Assembly (NCBI GenBank): GCA_963977445.1
Contig: CAXBPH010000041.1
Span: 1 to 35,640 of the forward strand
Source: an uncultured bacterium
GTDB taxonomy: Bacteria > Hydrogenedentota > Hydrogenedentia > Hydrogenedentales > JAEUWI01
Length of the DNA: 35,640 nt
Direction of reading: 5' to 3'
A program made the translations under genes and the position numbers. The stretch's first letter is position 1; every line of letters begins with the position of its first letter. Of this stretch, positions 1 to 8,456 are shown piece by piece. The notes beneath the pieces were generated by a model, which saw nothing but the letters and a program-made list of their open reading frames with translations, was not told the DNA's origin and made no database searches.

Positions 1-55
1 GGGCTGCTAAGATGCGGAACGTAAGCCCCAATCCAAAATCACGAGATTTAAACCT

Positions 56-1714
56 ATGAACCTACCCGAACCCAAATCCACCACCTTCCCCTCCCTGATG
101 GCCGACATCGAAAAGGGAATCACGAAAATCCCCCAGTTTCAGCGCGACTTCGTATGGGGCAAGGAGAAGTCGGCGGCGCTGCTCGATAGCATCGTGAAGG
201 GCTATCCCATCGGCACCTTTATCCTCTGGAAGACCAAGGAAGAGCTACGCTCGGTCCGCAATATTGGCGGATTAAATTTGCCCGAGACACCTCAGGGCGA
301 CTACACGGAGTATGTGCTGGACGGGCAGCAACGGCTCACGTCTCTCTTTGCGGCGCTGAAGGGCCTGACGATTGAGCGGGAGGACCGTAAGGACGACTAT
401 TCCGAGTTTTACCTGGACCTCGACGCGGCGGATGACGAGCCCATCGTGCTCACGGAGCTCGCCGACACGGACCACCACACCCTGATTAAGCTCCACGATT
501 TGCTGGATGGCGATATCGAGCTTTTGACCAGCTATGCCAAGCCTCACCAGCAGCGGATTCAGGAGATCCGGGATCGCATCAAGTCGTATCAGTTTTCCAG
601 CGTGCTCATCCGCGAGGCGCCAGTGGATGTGGCCACGGAAATCTTCACACGCCTGAACGTAAGCGGGAAACCCTTGTCCGTCTTCGAGATCATGGTGGCC
701 AAAACCTTCGACTCTAAGGCCAACTTTGACCTTTCAGAAAAGTATGACGAATTGCAGGCGAAATTGGAGACGGTGGACTATGGGACGATTTCTGATTCCG
801 TGGTGTTGCAAACCCTTTCCATATTCCTGGTGAAGGAATGTAGGAAAAAAGACATCCTCAAGTTGCCGCGAAAGAAGGTCATCGAAACATGGCCTGTGGT
901 CGCGAATGCGATCAAATACGCAGTAGACCACTTTCGAGATGCTTATCGCATCCCCGTGTCGAAACTTCTTCCCTATCCCACGTTGATAGTCCCTTTTGCC
1001 TATTATTTTCACAAGGCCGGTAAGAAGCCCACAGGCGATCAGAAAAAGCTGATGGAGAATTTCTTCTGGCGGGCGGCCCTGGGCGGCCGATACTCGCAGA
1101 GCGTGGAAAGTCGCGTTGCACAGGATATCCGGAAAATCGATGCGATAATCGCCGGAAAGTCCCCGAAATACGAATGGGCCGTGGATACATCATCGGAATT
1201 CATCGATAGACATGGTGGATTCGCCGTGGGCCGGTCGTATATTAAGGCCCTGTTGTGCATCCTGGCCTATCACCAGCCGAAGTCCTTCACGGACGGGTCG
1301 TTGGTGCGGATCAGCAACGATTGGCTCCAGCGCGCAAACAGCAAGAATTACCACCACTTCTTCCCGAAGGCCTATTTGAAGAAGAACACCGAGGAAGAGG
1401 AGTACTTTATCAACCACATCGCCAATATTACCTTTGTGGACGATTGGCTGAACAAGAGCGTCATACGTGATCAGGCCCCCTCGAAGTACATGAAAAAATT
1501 TCAGAAAGAGAACGAAAACCTGACGGTATGCATGAAGAGTCACCTCATCAACCTGGGCAAGGCCGGAATCTTTGAAGATGACTATGACGTATTCTACAAG
1601 AAGCGGTGCCAAGCCCTGAGCCGGGAATTGAAGAAGCGCATCATCGAGCAGGAAATAGACACCAAAGAACCGGCGGTGGCCGCGCAAGATACCGTAGAGG
1701 ATGATTCGGAATGA
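56..1714 (+). CDS. GmrSD-family (DUF262 + C-terminal HNH-like) putative type IV restriction endonuclease, 552 aa
   Basis: DUF262 motifs PQFQRDFVW, GYPIGTFILW, LDGQQRLTSL and EIFTRLN. The C-terminal NYHHFFPK...IANITFVDDWLNK resembles the DHIxP...N...N HNH motif. Confidence 0.88.
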   Translation: MNLPEPKSTTFPSLMADIEKGITKIPQFQRDFVWGKEKSAALLDSIVKGYPIGTFILWKTKEELRSVRNIGGLNLPETPQGDYTEYVLDGQQRLTSLFAALKGLTIEREDRKDDYSEFYLDLDAADDEPIVLTELADTDHHTLIKLHDLLDGDIELLTSYAKPHQQRIQEIRDRIKSYQFSSVLIREAPVDVATEIFTRLNVSGKPLSVFEIMVAKTFDSKANFDLSEKYDELQAKLETVDYGTISDSVVLQTLSIFLVKECRKKDILKLPRKKVIETWPVVANAIKYAVDHFRDAYRIPVSKLLPYPTLIVPFAYYFHKAGKKPTGDQKKLMENFFWRAALGGRYSQSVESRVAQDIRKIDAIIAGKSPKYEWAVDTSSEFIDRHGGFAVGRSYIKALLCILAYHQPKSFTDGSLVRISNDWLQRANSKNYHHFFPKAYLKKNTEEEEYFINHIANITFVDDWLNKSVIRDQAPSKYMKKFQKENENLTVCMKSHLINLGKAGIFEDDYDVFYKKRCQALSRELKKRIIEQEIDTKEPAVAAQDTVEDDSE

Positions 1715-1757
1715 CTTCGTTTGAGGCAGGCCAGGGAGCAAGCCCGACTACAGGAGC

Positions 1758-2876
1758 GTGGAGATGCCACTCAAGGCATATCAAGATACAAAGACGCTCA
1801 TTGCACCTCTGATGGACGAGGGTACGTGGGACGAATTACGGCGAGATGTACGCACGGGAACAATTGCGCTGCAGATACCCTGCTGTGGTTCGGCGTGCTT
1901 TCCACGCGTTAGCAAGTTGGGCACGCGCCATTTTGCCCACAAGCGAAAAGGACCATGCACGACCAAGCCAGAGACCCTGGAGCACTTGCTCATCAAGTCG
2001 GAGGTTGTCTTGGGATGTCGTGACGCGGGCTGGGATGCCGAGACGGAGGTGGCCGGAGATGATTGGAGAGCGGATGTGCTCGCTAGAAGAAAGGGGGCGG
2101 AGATAGCCTTCGAGGTCCAATGGTCGAAGCAGAGCCTGGAAGAGACGGAGTTCCGTCAGGCGCGGTATGCGGATGGGGGGGTACACGGTGTGTGGTTGTT
2201 TCGAAACTTTCCTCGGGAACTCGAACCTGGTGCTGCCACACCCGCCTTTTGGGTGCAAATGACGGAAGACCGGCAGCCACGAATCAACCTGGAAATATTT
2301 GGCGAACGGACGCAACGAATGGGCGGTGAATCGAATATCACCATATCGGCGCGCGATTTTGCCAGGGCATACTTAGATGGAAGCTTCACGTTTTGCCAGC
2401 ACGCGCTTTCGGAGACACGCGTAACCATCCCTATGGTATTCGTTGCGTACTCTTGCTGGGAATGCAAGGCTCCTTGCCACGTGTTTTTTCATGAGCCGAA
2501 TAACCTGGATGGTTTGAAATCCAGGCACGGATGGCCTCTCGCCACGTACGAGGAAGCGCTGGGTATGCGCCCGGAGCACCATCCGGAAATTCTCGGGCAG
2601 GTGGAAACCTTCGAACGGTCGCCGGAAGGGGCCGGTCTCCTAGTGGGCGAACGGAAAAATCGGTATAGTCGCACCATGGGCCGTGAGTACCTTTCTCAAG
2701 GGTGTCCTCAATGCGACGCCATTTTTGGGGACTGGTACATATTCCATGAGCCGGAAGTGTTTACGTCGCCCGCCGTGGCGCGATTTGATGCAATCGTTCA
2801 CCTTGAGAAGCCGCATTCAGCGATGGCACCGCACTGGTGCTACGATACGCAAAAAGCTTTTTGCTGTAAGGATTAA
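1758..2876 (+). CDS. CoiA-like PD-(D/E)XK nuclease with N- and C-terminal Cys/Zn-ribbon motifs, 372 aa
   Basis: CCGS...HFAH...C...ETLEHLLIK at the N-terminus; nuclease core RADVL...AFEVQWS...VWLF; C-terminal CWEC and YSRTMGREYLSQGCPQCDAIFG. GTG start after GGAG. Confidence 0.75.
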   Translation: MEMPLKAYQDTKTLIAPLMDEGTWDELRRDVRTGTIALQIPCCGSACFPRVSKLGTRHFAHKRKGPCTTKPETLEHLLIKSEVVLGCRDAGWDAETEVAGDDWRADVLARRKGAEIAFEVQWSKQSLEETEFRQARYADGGVHGVWLFRNFPRELEPGAATPAFWVQMTEDRQPRINLEIFGERTQRMGGESNITISARDFARAYLDGSFTFCQHALSETRVTIPMVFVAYSCWECKAPCHVFFHEPNNLDGLKSRHGWPLATYEEALGMRPEHHPEILGQVETFERSPEGAGLLVGERKNRYSRTMGREYLSQGCPQCDAIFGDWYIFHEPEVFTSPAVARFDAIVHLEKPHSAMAPHWCYDTQKAFCCKD

Positions 2877-2885
2877 TCGCAACGC

Positions 2886-5417
2886 ATGATTCAGATCGCT
2901 ACATTTATTAGCCAGGAAATTCTCCTGCCCCGCCTGAAATCGGCGGGCGTGCTGGTGGTCTACGACCCCGCGTGCCGCTATCGGGACTTGTGCCTGGGGC
3001 TGAAGACGGCGACCTTACCCGTCATCGATGCCTCCACGGGGAGTATTGAGAGCCGGGAGGACGGGGTGGAGGCCTTGCGGGCCTTTGGGAAGCCCAACAC
3101 GAAGATCCAGGGCATCTTGGTCTATGTGCCAGCGAAGGCACCGGTGAATGACGAAGAGAAGCAACGGGACCCGTTCTCGGTGTATGGCGCGTGTGGTGGG
3201 GTGTTCCCCGAGGGCGATGGAGACGAGTATCGGAGCTTGTGCCTGAAGGCGAAGCCGGATCATGGGACGGAAATTCGCCGGGTCTTCGAGGCGGACCCGA
3301 ACCCGGCCTTTTCGGTGATTGACGCCATTGGCGGGGGCGGCGGCTGGCCGACCTTGCAGTCGCTCCTGGGGACGGATTCGGCCCGGGGACTGTTGGAGGC
3401 CCTGCTGGTGCCTACGGAGGCGCAAAAAGATTGGCTGAACGGCCAGGAGGCGTGGGTGCCCGAGGCGAAGGCCCTCTTCCAGACCTGCCTGGGCCTATCG
3501 CTCAAGACGAAGGGGAAGAAATGGTCGAGCGTGGCCGATGAACTGTGGCGTTTCGTGCTGGTCAGTGAGTTCAGCTATGACCTGCCTGTGGCCCTGCCGG
3601 ATGCATTGACCCTGGTGCCCATGGGGCCGCCGGAAGCGCGGCCGGTAATCGAGGATTTGTGTGCCCGCCTGCGGGACAGCCACCAGAATCAGCCCGTGTA
3701 TATCGAGCGGGCGGAAGCGATTGAAGTGGATTATGAACTCCCCCGGCACTGCGCGGGCATTGTCGACCTGGGCGTGCGGGATACCTTCCCCTTTGAGGAG
3801 CGGTCTTTCCTGGCCCAGGCGGCCATCGCCCTGCAACGGGAGGACCTGGACAAGGCCCGCGATATCATCGCGCGGCGCACGGGATCGGTGTGGGCGGGCA
3901 AGGGGGAGAACCAGGCCCAGTGGCAGGTGATCCAGGCGTCGCTCTCGTTGATTGAGACCTGCGACGACCTCCGTCGGCAGCTTGGTGACCACACGAAGAC
4001 CCAGGAGGCCCTGGTGGATTTCTACGTGGGTCATTTGCGGGAGGCGGACCGGCTCCACCGGGAGTTTGAGCAGGCGGTGGTGAATTGCCTGGATATGGAC
4101 GACACGATGGAGGAGGCTGTGGCGCTGGCGCGTAAGCGTTACGGCGCGCTGGCCGCCGAGGTGCAGGCGTGCTTTATCCGGCACCTGGAAATCTCGGGGT
4201 GGCCACTATCGGGGCGTCTGGCCAATACGGATGTTTTCGACAAGCTGGTGTCCCCACGGTTGCAGGAAGGGGGCAAGAAGACGGCGCTCATCCTGATTGA
4301 TGCGCTCCGTTATGAATTGGGTGTCGCGCTGGAAAAGCAATTGTCGGAGGATAGTCGGGTGGCGTTGCAGCCTAGCTGCGGGCAGATGCCGTCGGTAACG
4401 CCGGTGGGGATGGCAAGTCTGCTGCCCGGCGCGGGCACGGACCTGCGGCTGGTGACGAAAGGCGACGGGGTGGCGGTGATGTTGGGCGAGGTGGTGCTGG
4501 GCAACGTGGCCCAGCGGATGGAGGTGTTGCGGAAGGCTTATGGCGCGCGCTTCCAGGAAATGGCGCTGGAGAATTTCACCAAGAAGAAGCCCAAGCTGGC
4601 CACTACCACGGAATTCCTGGTGCTGCGCAGCAACACCATGGACAGCCACATGGAGTCGGACCCGGAAACGGCCTTGGGCCATGTCATCACGATGTTGCGC
4701 AAAATCCGAGCGGCGGTACACCGGCTCAAGAGCCTGGACTTTGACCATGTGTTGATTGCCACGGACCATGGCTTCCACCTGAATCCCCGTCCAGAAGCGG
4801 GTGACGTGTGTCAGAAACCGTCGGGCAATTGGGCGAACCTGCATGAACGTTGTCTATTGGGCTGCGGTTCGGGCGACGCATCGAATTACGTGCTGTCGGC
4901 TGCGGACCTCGGTATCCGGGGCGACTTCGAGCAGGTGGCGGGGCCGAAGGGACTGGTGGCCTACCGGGCTAACACACCGTATTTCCACGGGGGGGCGTCG
5001 TTGCAGGAACTTATTGTGCCGGTGATTGAGGTATTCCTGGACGGCCCCAAAGACGCAACGCGGAAACCGCTTCAGGTGTCGCTGAATTACCGTCGGGGCG
5101 CGACAAGGATTACGACGCGCCTACCGGTTATCGAGGTTTCGGTGAGCACAGAAGACCTCTTTTCTCAATCGGAGGAGGTGGCGGTGCAGTTGGAGGCCCA
5201 CGACAAGAAGGGCAACGTGGTGGGCGAACCGAAACCGGGGGGGGTGGTGGACCCGGCGACGGGGACCATTAATCTGCACCATGGACAGGCGGCGCAAGTG
5301 ACGCTGAAGATGGTGCCGGAATTTGAAGGAACGTTTGTGGTGAAGGCGTTGGATCCCGCGACGTTGACGGTATACTGCACCTTGAAACTGGAAACCGACT
5401 ATATGGACTCGATGTAA
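2886..5417 (+). CDS. pglZ: BREX PglZ alkaline-phosphatase-superfamily protein, 843 aa
   Basis: PglZ motifs ILIDALRYELG, MPSVTPVGMASLLP, IATDHGF and YFHGGASLQELIVP; lies directly upstream of brxL. Confidence 0.93.
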   Translation: MIQIATFISQEILLPRLKSAGVLVVYDPACRYRDLCLGLKTATLPVIDASTGSIESREDGVEALRAFGKPNTKIQGILVYVPAKAPVNDEEKQRDPFSVYGACGGVFPEGDGDEYRSLCLKAKPDHGTEIRRVFEADPNPAFSVIDAIGGGGGWPTLQSLLGTDSARGLLEALLVPTEAQKDWLNGQEAWVPEAKALFQTCLGLSLKTKGKKWSSVADELWRFVLVSEFSYDLPVALPDALTLVPMGPPEARPVIEDLCARLRDSHQNQPVYIERAEAIEVDYELPRHCAGIVDLGVRDTFPFEERSFLAQAAIALQREDLDKARDIIARRTGSVWAGKGENQAQWQVIQASLSLIETCDDLRRQLGDHTKTQEALVDFYVGHLREADRLHREFEQAVVNCLDMDDTMEEAVALARKRYGALAAEVQACFIRHLEISGWPLSGRLANTDVFDKLVSPRLQEGGKKTALILIDALRYELGVALEKQLSEDSRVALQPSCGQMPSVTPVGMASLLPGAGTDLRLVTKGDGVAVMLGEVVLGNVAQRMEVLRKAYGARFQEMALENFTKKKPKLATTTEFLVLRSNTMDSHMESDPETALGHVITMLRKIRAAVHRLKSLDFDHVLIATDHGFHLNPRPEAGDVCQKPSGNWANLHERCLLGCGSGDASNYVLSAADLGIRGDFEQVAGPKGLVAYRANTPYFHGGASLQELIVPVIEVFLDGPKDATRKPLQVSLNYRRGATRITTRLPVIEVSVSTEDLFSQSEEVAVQLEAHDKKGNVVGEPKPGGVVDPATGTINLHHGQAAQVTLKMVPEFEGTFVVKALDPATLTVYCTLKLETDYMDSM

Positions 5418-5420
5418 ATC

Positions 5421-7490
5421 ATGGACACGCTAAGTGAAAAACTGTTGTCTGTCTACGAGGGCCGGGTGGTGCGAAAGGACCTGGTGCACCGCATCAAAAA
5501 AGGCACCAACGTGCCGACCTTCGTGCTGGAATTTCTGCTGGCGCGGTATTGTGCGAGCGACGATGAGGCGGAGATCCAGGCGGGCCTCGACGCGGTGCTG
5601 GGGACAATCCAGGAGAACTACGTCCGGCCGGATGAGGCCAATGCAGCCCAGTCGAAGGTGGCACAGAAGGGGAAGCACAAGTTTATCGACAAAATTCACG
5701 TCAACTACGTGGAGAAAGAGAAGCGGCATTGGGCGGCGCTGGAAAACTTCAACTCCAAGCGCATCGCGATTGCAGACAAGTTCTATCGGGACAACAAGCG
5801 GTTGCTCGAGGGCGGCATCTGGGCGGAAGTCACGATCGGGTACAACGAAATTGAGGACGATGACTACGCTTTCTACGTGGAAGATCTGCGACCGGTGCAG
5901 TTAAGCCGCTTCGACTTCGATCGTTATGCGGCGGGCAGAAAAGAGTTTACGCGGGATGAATGGATGGACCTGATTCTGCGTGCAGTCGGCCTGGAACCGT
6001 CCAAGCTGACACCGCGCCTCAAGATGCACTTCATCACCCGCCTGGCGCCGCTGGTGGAGCCCAATTTTAACTTCATTGAACTCGGACCACGCGGTACAGG
6101 GAAGTCCTACTTCTTCAGCGAGTTTTCGCCCTATTCGACGCTGGTCAGTGGTGGCCAGGCCACGAAAGCGACCTTGTTCTACAACAACCAACGTCACCGG
6201 ATTGGCTTGGTTGGATTCTGGGACGTGGTGGCCTTCGACGAGGTGGCCGGGATCAAGATTAAGGACCAGGACGCCATCCAGATTATGAAGGATTTTATGG
6301 CAAATGGACGCTTCTCTCGCGGCGTCGAAGTCATCGCAGATGCGAGCCTGGCTTTCGTGGGCAATATCGACCACTCTATACAGCAGGTCGTAAACTCAAC
6401 GGAACATGACTTGTTCATGCCGTTGCCGAAGGAACTTGACCTCGCGGTGATGGATCGTTTTGCCTGCTACCTGCCCGGCTGGGAAATGCCCAAAAGCAGC
6501 AGTGAATACCTCACCAACGATTACGGGTTCATCACCGACTTTATTGCCGAGGCCTTTCATTATCAATTCAGTCAGACGAACCGCTACGAGGAAGTCTCCA
6601 AACGAATTCGTCTGGGACGTTCGGTCGAGGGGCGCGACGAGAAGGGTATTAAGAAGACCGTTTCTGCGCTGCTCAAGATACTTCACCCCGATGGCGAGCC
6701 TGGTGATGTAGAATTTGAGGAGTACGTTGCGTATGCCGTGGAGAGCCGACGTCGCGTCAAGGAGCAAATGAACAAACGCAAACCGGACGATGAGTTTGCG
6801 AATATCAACCTTTCCTATTTCCGGGCGGATGGCTCAGAAGTGGAAGTGACATGCCCCGAATCGAAGGGAGCGATCGCCACCCAACAACCAGCGCGGCTCC
6901 GACTGGAAGTCGACGAGCCTGAGCAGTCCCTGGAGTTGCCGCCAGTCGTGGCACCGGTAGTCGATAATACGCCCGTCGCGATGCCTTTGCCTGAAGCGGA
7001 AACACGGCAACCCGTGGAGGCCCACTACACCATCCGCTACGACGACATGGGCCACACCTACGAGACCATCCTGGGTGACTATCTCGAAGCTGTGAAGGAG
7101 GTCTGGGTGGAGGAGCCTTACATTCGCGTGGCTCACCAGATTCAGAATTTTGTTCGGTTTTGTGAGACCTTGGCGAAGCGCCCCACCATCAAGAGGATTC
7201 ACGTACTGACTGCATGCGACGAAGCCACAGCCATTGGCGAGGTTCTCCCAAAGCTCGAAGACCTTAAACAGAGCCTCCTGGAGATCGACATCGCCCTTGA
7301 GATCGCGTTCGATCCCAATCTCCATGACCGAGAAATTCGACTAGACAACGGATGGACAGTCAAAATCGGACGTGGTTTGGACTTCTATCAGAAGCCCAAT
7401 AGCTGGTTTGAAATCGGGGTGAACGACTTGTCCTTGCGGAAGTGCCTGGAGACCAAAGTGGATATTTTCAAGCAGCAACAGACAACTTGA
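5421..7490 (+). CDS. brxL: BREX BrxL-like AAA+ ATPase with a C-terminal MITD1-like (MIT_C, PLD-fold) domain in place of the Lon protease domain, 689 aa
   Basis: BrxL N-terminus VVRKDL...NVPTFVLEFLLARYC, Walker A GPRGTGKS, Walker B VVAFDEV and AVMDRF. C-terminus VWVEEPYIR..HQIQNFVRFCE...HDREIRLDNGWTVKIGRGLD. Starts 3 nt after the pglZ stop. Confidence 0.92.
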   Translation: MDTLSEKLLSVYEGRVVRKDLVHRIKKGTNVPTFVLEFLLARYCASDDEAEIQAGLDAVLGTIQENYVRPDEANAAQSKVAQKGKHKFIDKIHVNYVEKEKRHWAALENFNSKRIAIADKFYRDNKRLLEGGIWAEVTIGYNEIEDDDYAFYVEDLRPVQLSRFDFDRYAAGRKEFTRDEWMDLILRAVGLEPSKLTPRLKMHFITRLAPLVEPNFNFIELGPRGTGKSYFFSEFSPYSTLVSGGQATKATLFYNNQRHRIGLVGFWDVVAFDEVAGIKIKDQDAIQIMKDFMANGRFSRGVEVIADASLAFVGNIDHSIQQVVNSTEHDLFMPLPKELDLAVMDRFACYLPGWEMPKSSSEYLTNDYGFITDFIAEAFHYQFSQTNRYEEVSKRIRLGRSVEGRDEKGIKKTVSALLKILHPDGEPGDVEFEEYVAYAVESRRRVKEQMNKRKPDDEFANINLSYFRADGSEVEVTCPESKGAIATQQPARLRLEVDEPEQSLELPPVVAPVVDNTPVAMPLPEAETRQPVEAHYTIRYDDMGHTYETILGDYLEAVKEVWVEEPYIRVAHQIQNFVRFCETLAKRPTIKRIHVLTACDEATAIGEVLPKLEDLKQSLLEIDIALEIAFDPNLHDREIRLDNGWTVKIGRGLDFYQKPNSWFEIGVNDLSLRKCLETKVDIFKQQQTT

Positions 7491-7644
7491 GTTACACGAC
7501 AATCGTATTTCTGGATGAATCTACGAGACTATAGCGAATAGTTAGCTGATGACCTTTGGGGTTAGGTCCCCAATGCCAATCCTGTACAAAAAGTTGTACC
7601 CAATCGTTTGCGAAGCATGGTCTAAATGGGCTATAAGGGAGATA

Positions 7645-7665
7645 GGAGTTACACCGTGTAACTCC
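7645..7665. repeat. Perfect palindrome GGAGTTACAC-C-GTGTAACTCC (candidate protein-binding site)
   Basis: 10-bp arms with a 1-nt spacer. A further GAGTTACAC half-site lies at 7489-7497. Confidence 0.8.
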
Positions 7666-7722
7666 ATCAATCATGCGCAATTACTTGATATTGCTAGTGT
7701 TGCGGGTTTGGGACTTTAATAA

Positions 7723-7767
7723 CTCATAACCCAAAGGTCGTCGGTTCGAATCCGGCCCCCGCTACCA
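7723..7767 (+). pseudogene. 3' fragment of initiator tRNA-Met (anticodon loop to CCA); att site
   Basis: CTCATAACCCAAAGGTCGTCGGTTCGAATCCGGCCCCCGCTACCA has a CAT anticodon, a T-arm and a CCA end. No D-arm or 5' anticodon stem is present upstream. Confidence 0.9.
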
Positions 7768-7777
7768 TTTGTAAATC

Positions 7778-7812
7778 AAGGACTTACGACAATGTCGTAG
7801 GTTCTTTTTTTG
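7778..7812 (+). terminator. Rho-independent terminator following the tRNA 3' fragment
   Basis: AAGGACTTACGAC-AAT-GTCGTAGGTTCTT stem (two G-U pairs) followed by a T run. Confidence 0.75.
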
Positions 7813-8456
7813 TGCCCCAATGGCCCAATTATTACTTGTTTCATTTTGCAGCGGGCGACGATGGACTCTCTGTCCTTCCGGTGAAGTGAGCTCCATTGTT
7901 TGGGCGTTGGCGCATGTATTTTAGCGCTATCGGAGCGGGGGCAGGTGGACGGACGAATTTACCACTGAACTGCCGAGCTTTGCCGACATTCCGTAGTTCG
8001 TCGCCTCTGGTGTTACAACGATAAGATCAGTCTTCCATTCAGGCCGCTGGCTCGACCTTTGGCATCCTGTTCCGACAAAGCGGCAAAACAACCACGTTTG
8101 ATGAGGGGGGTAAATTGCCCAATCGTGTGGACATGAACGACTGCAACGCAAGAAGCAACTCTCGTGCGTTATTGCCTGTCATTCAGGACGAGTTTTCGGG
8201 TGCCTCACCGTAAAGGATTATGACCGCCGGTCTCAACTCAACCCGGTCAGTGCACAACGCTATTCTTGTTCCTCGCTGGAATGTTGGTAGCGATGTTACG
8301 AGGTCGTCGTGGAGTGCGGGTTCCATAAATACATGCAAGTCAGAAAACGCGTCCGACGGAAACTATCGACGTTTTGAGTGCGATTAACGAGCAAGAGGCA
8401 ACTTTGATATGTTGTTGTCTGCCAACGATGCCTCGTGGTCTGGAACCGTAGCGCCG

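Larger units (their letters stand above)
1..7767. mobile_element. Right portion of a tRNA-fMet-integrated defence island; left end and integrase lie outside the window
   Basis: A block of co-oriented defence genes ends about 230 bp before a promoterless 3' half of tRNA-fMet, the usual att-site duplication. No integrase is visible in the window. Confidence 0.7.

Noticed and set aside
1758..2876. Genuine competence gene coiA
   Set aside because: No competence context. It sits in a defence operon, so only family resemblance is claimed.
5421..7490. ATP-dependent Lon protease
   Set aside because: No Lon proteolytic domain motifs; the C-terminus is MIT_C/PLD-like.
7695..7767. Intact tRNA-Met gene
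   Set aside because: Only the anticodon loop to CCA is present. The upstream sequence cannot form a D-arm or anticodon stem.
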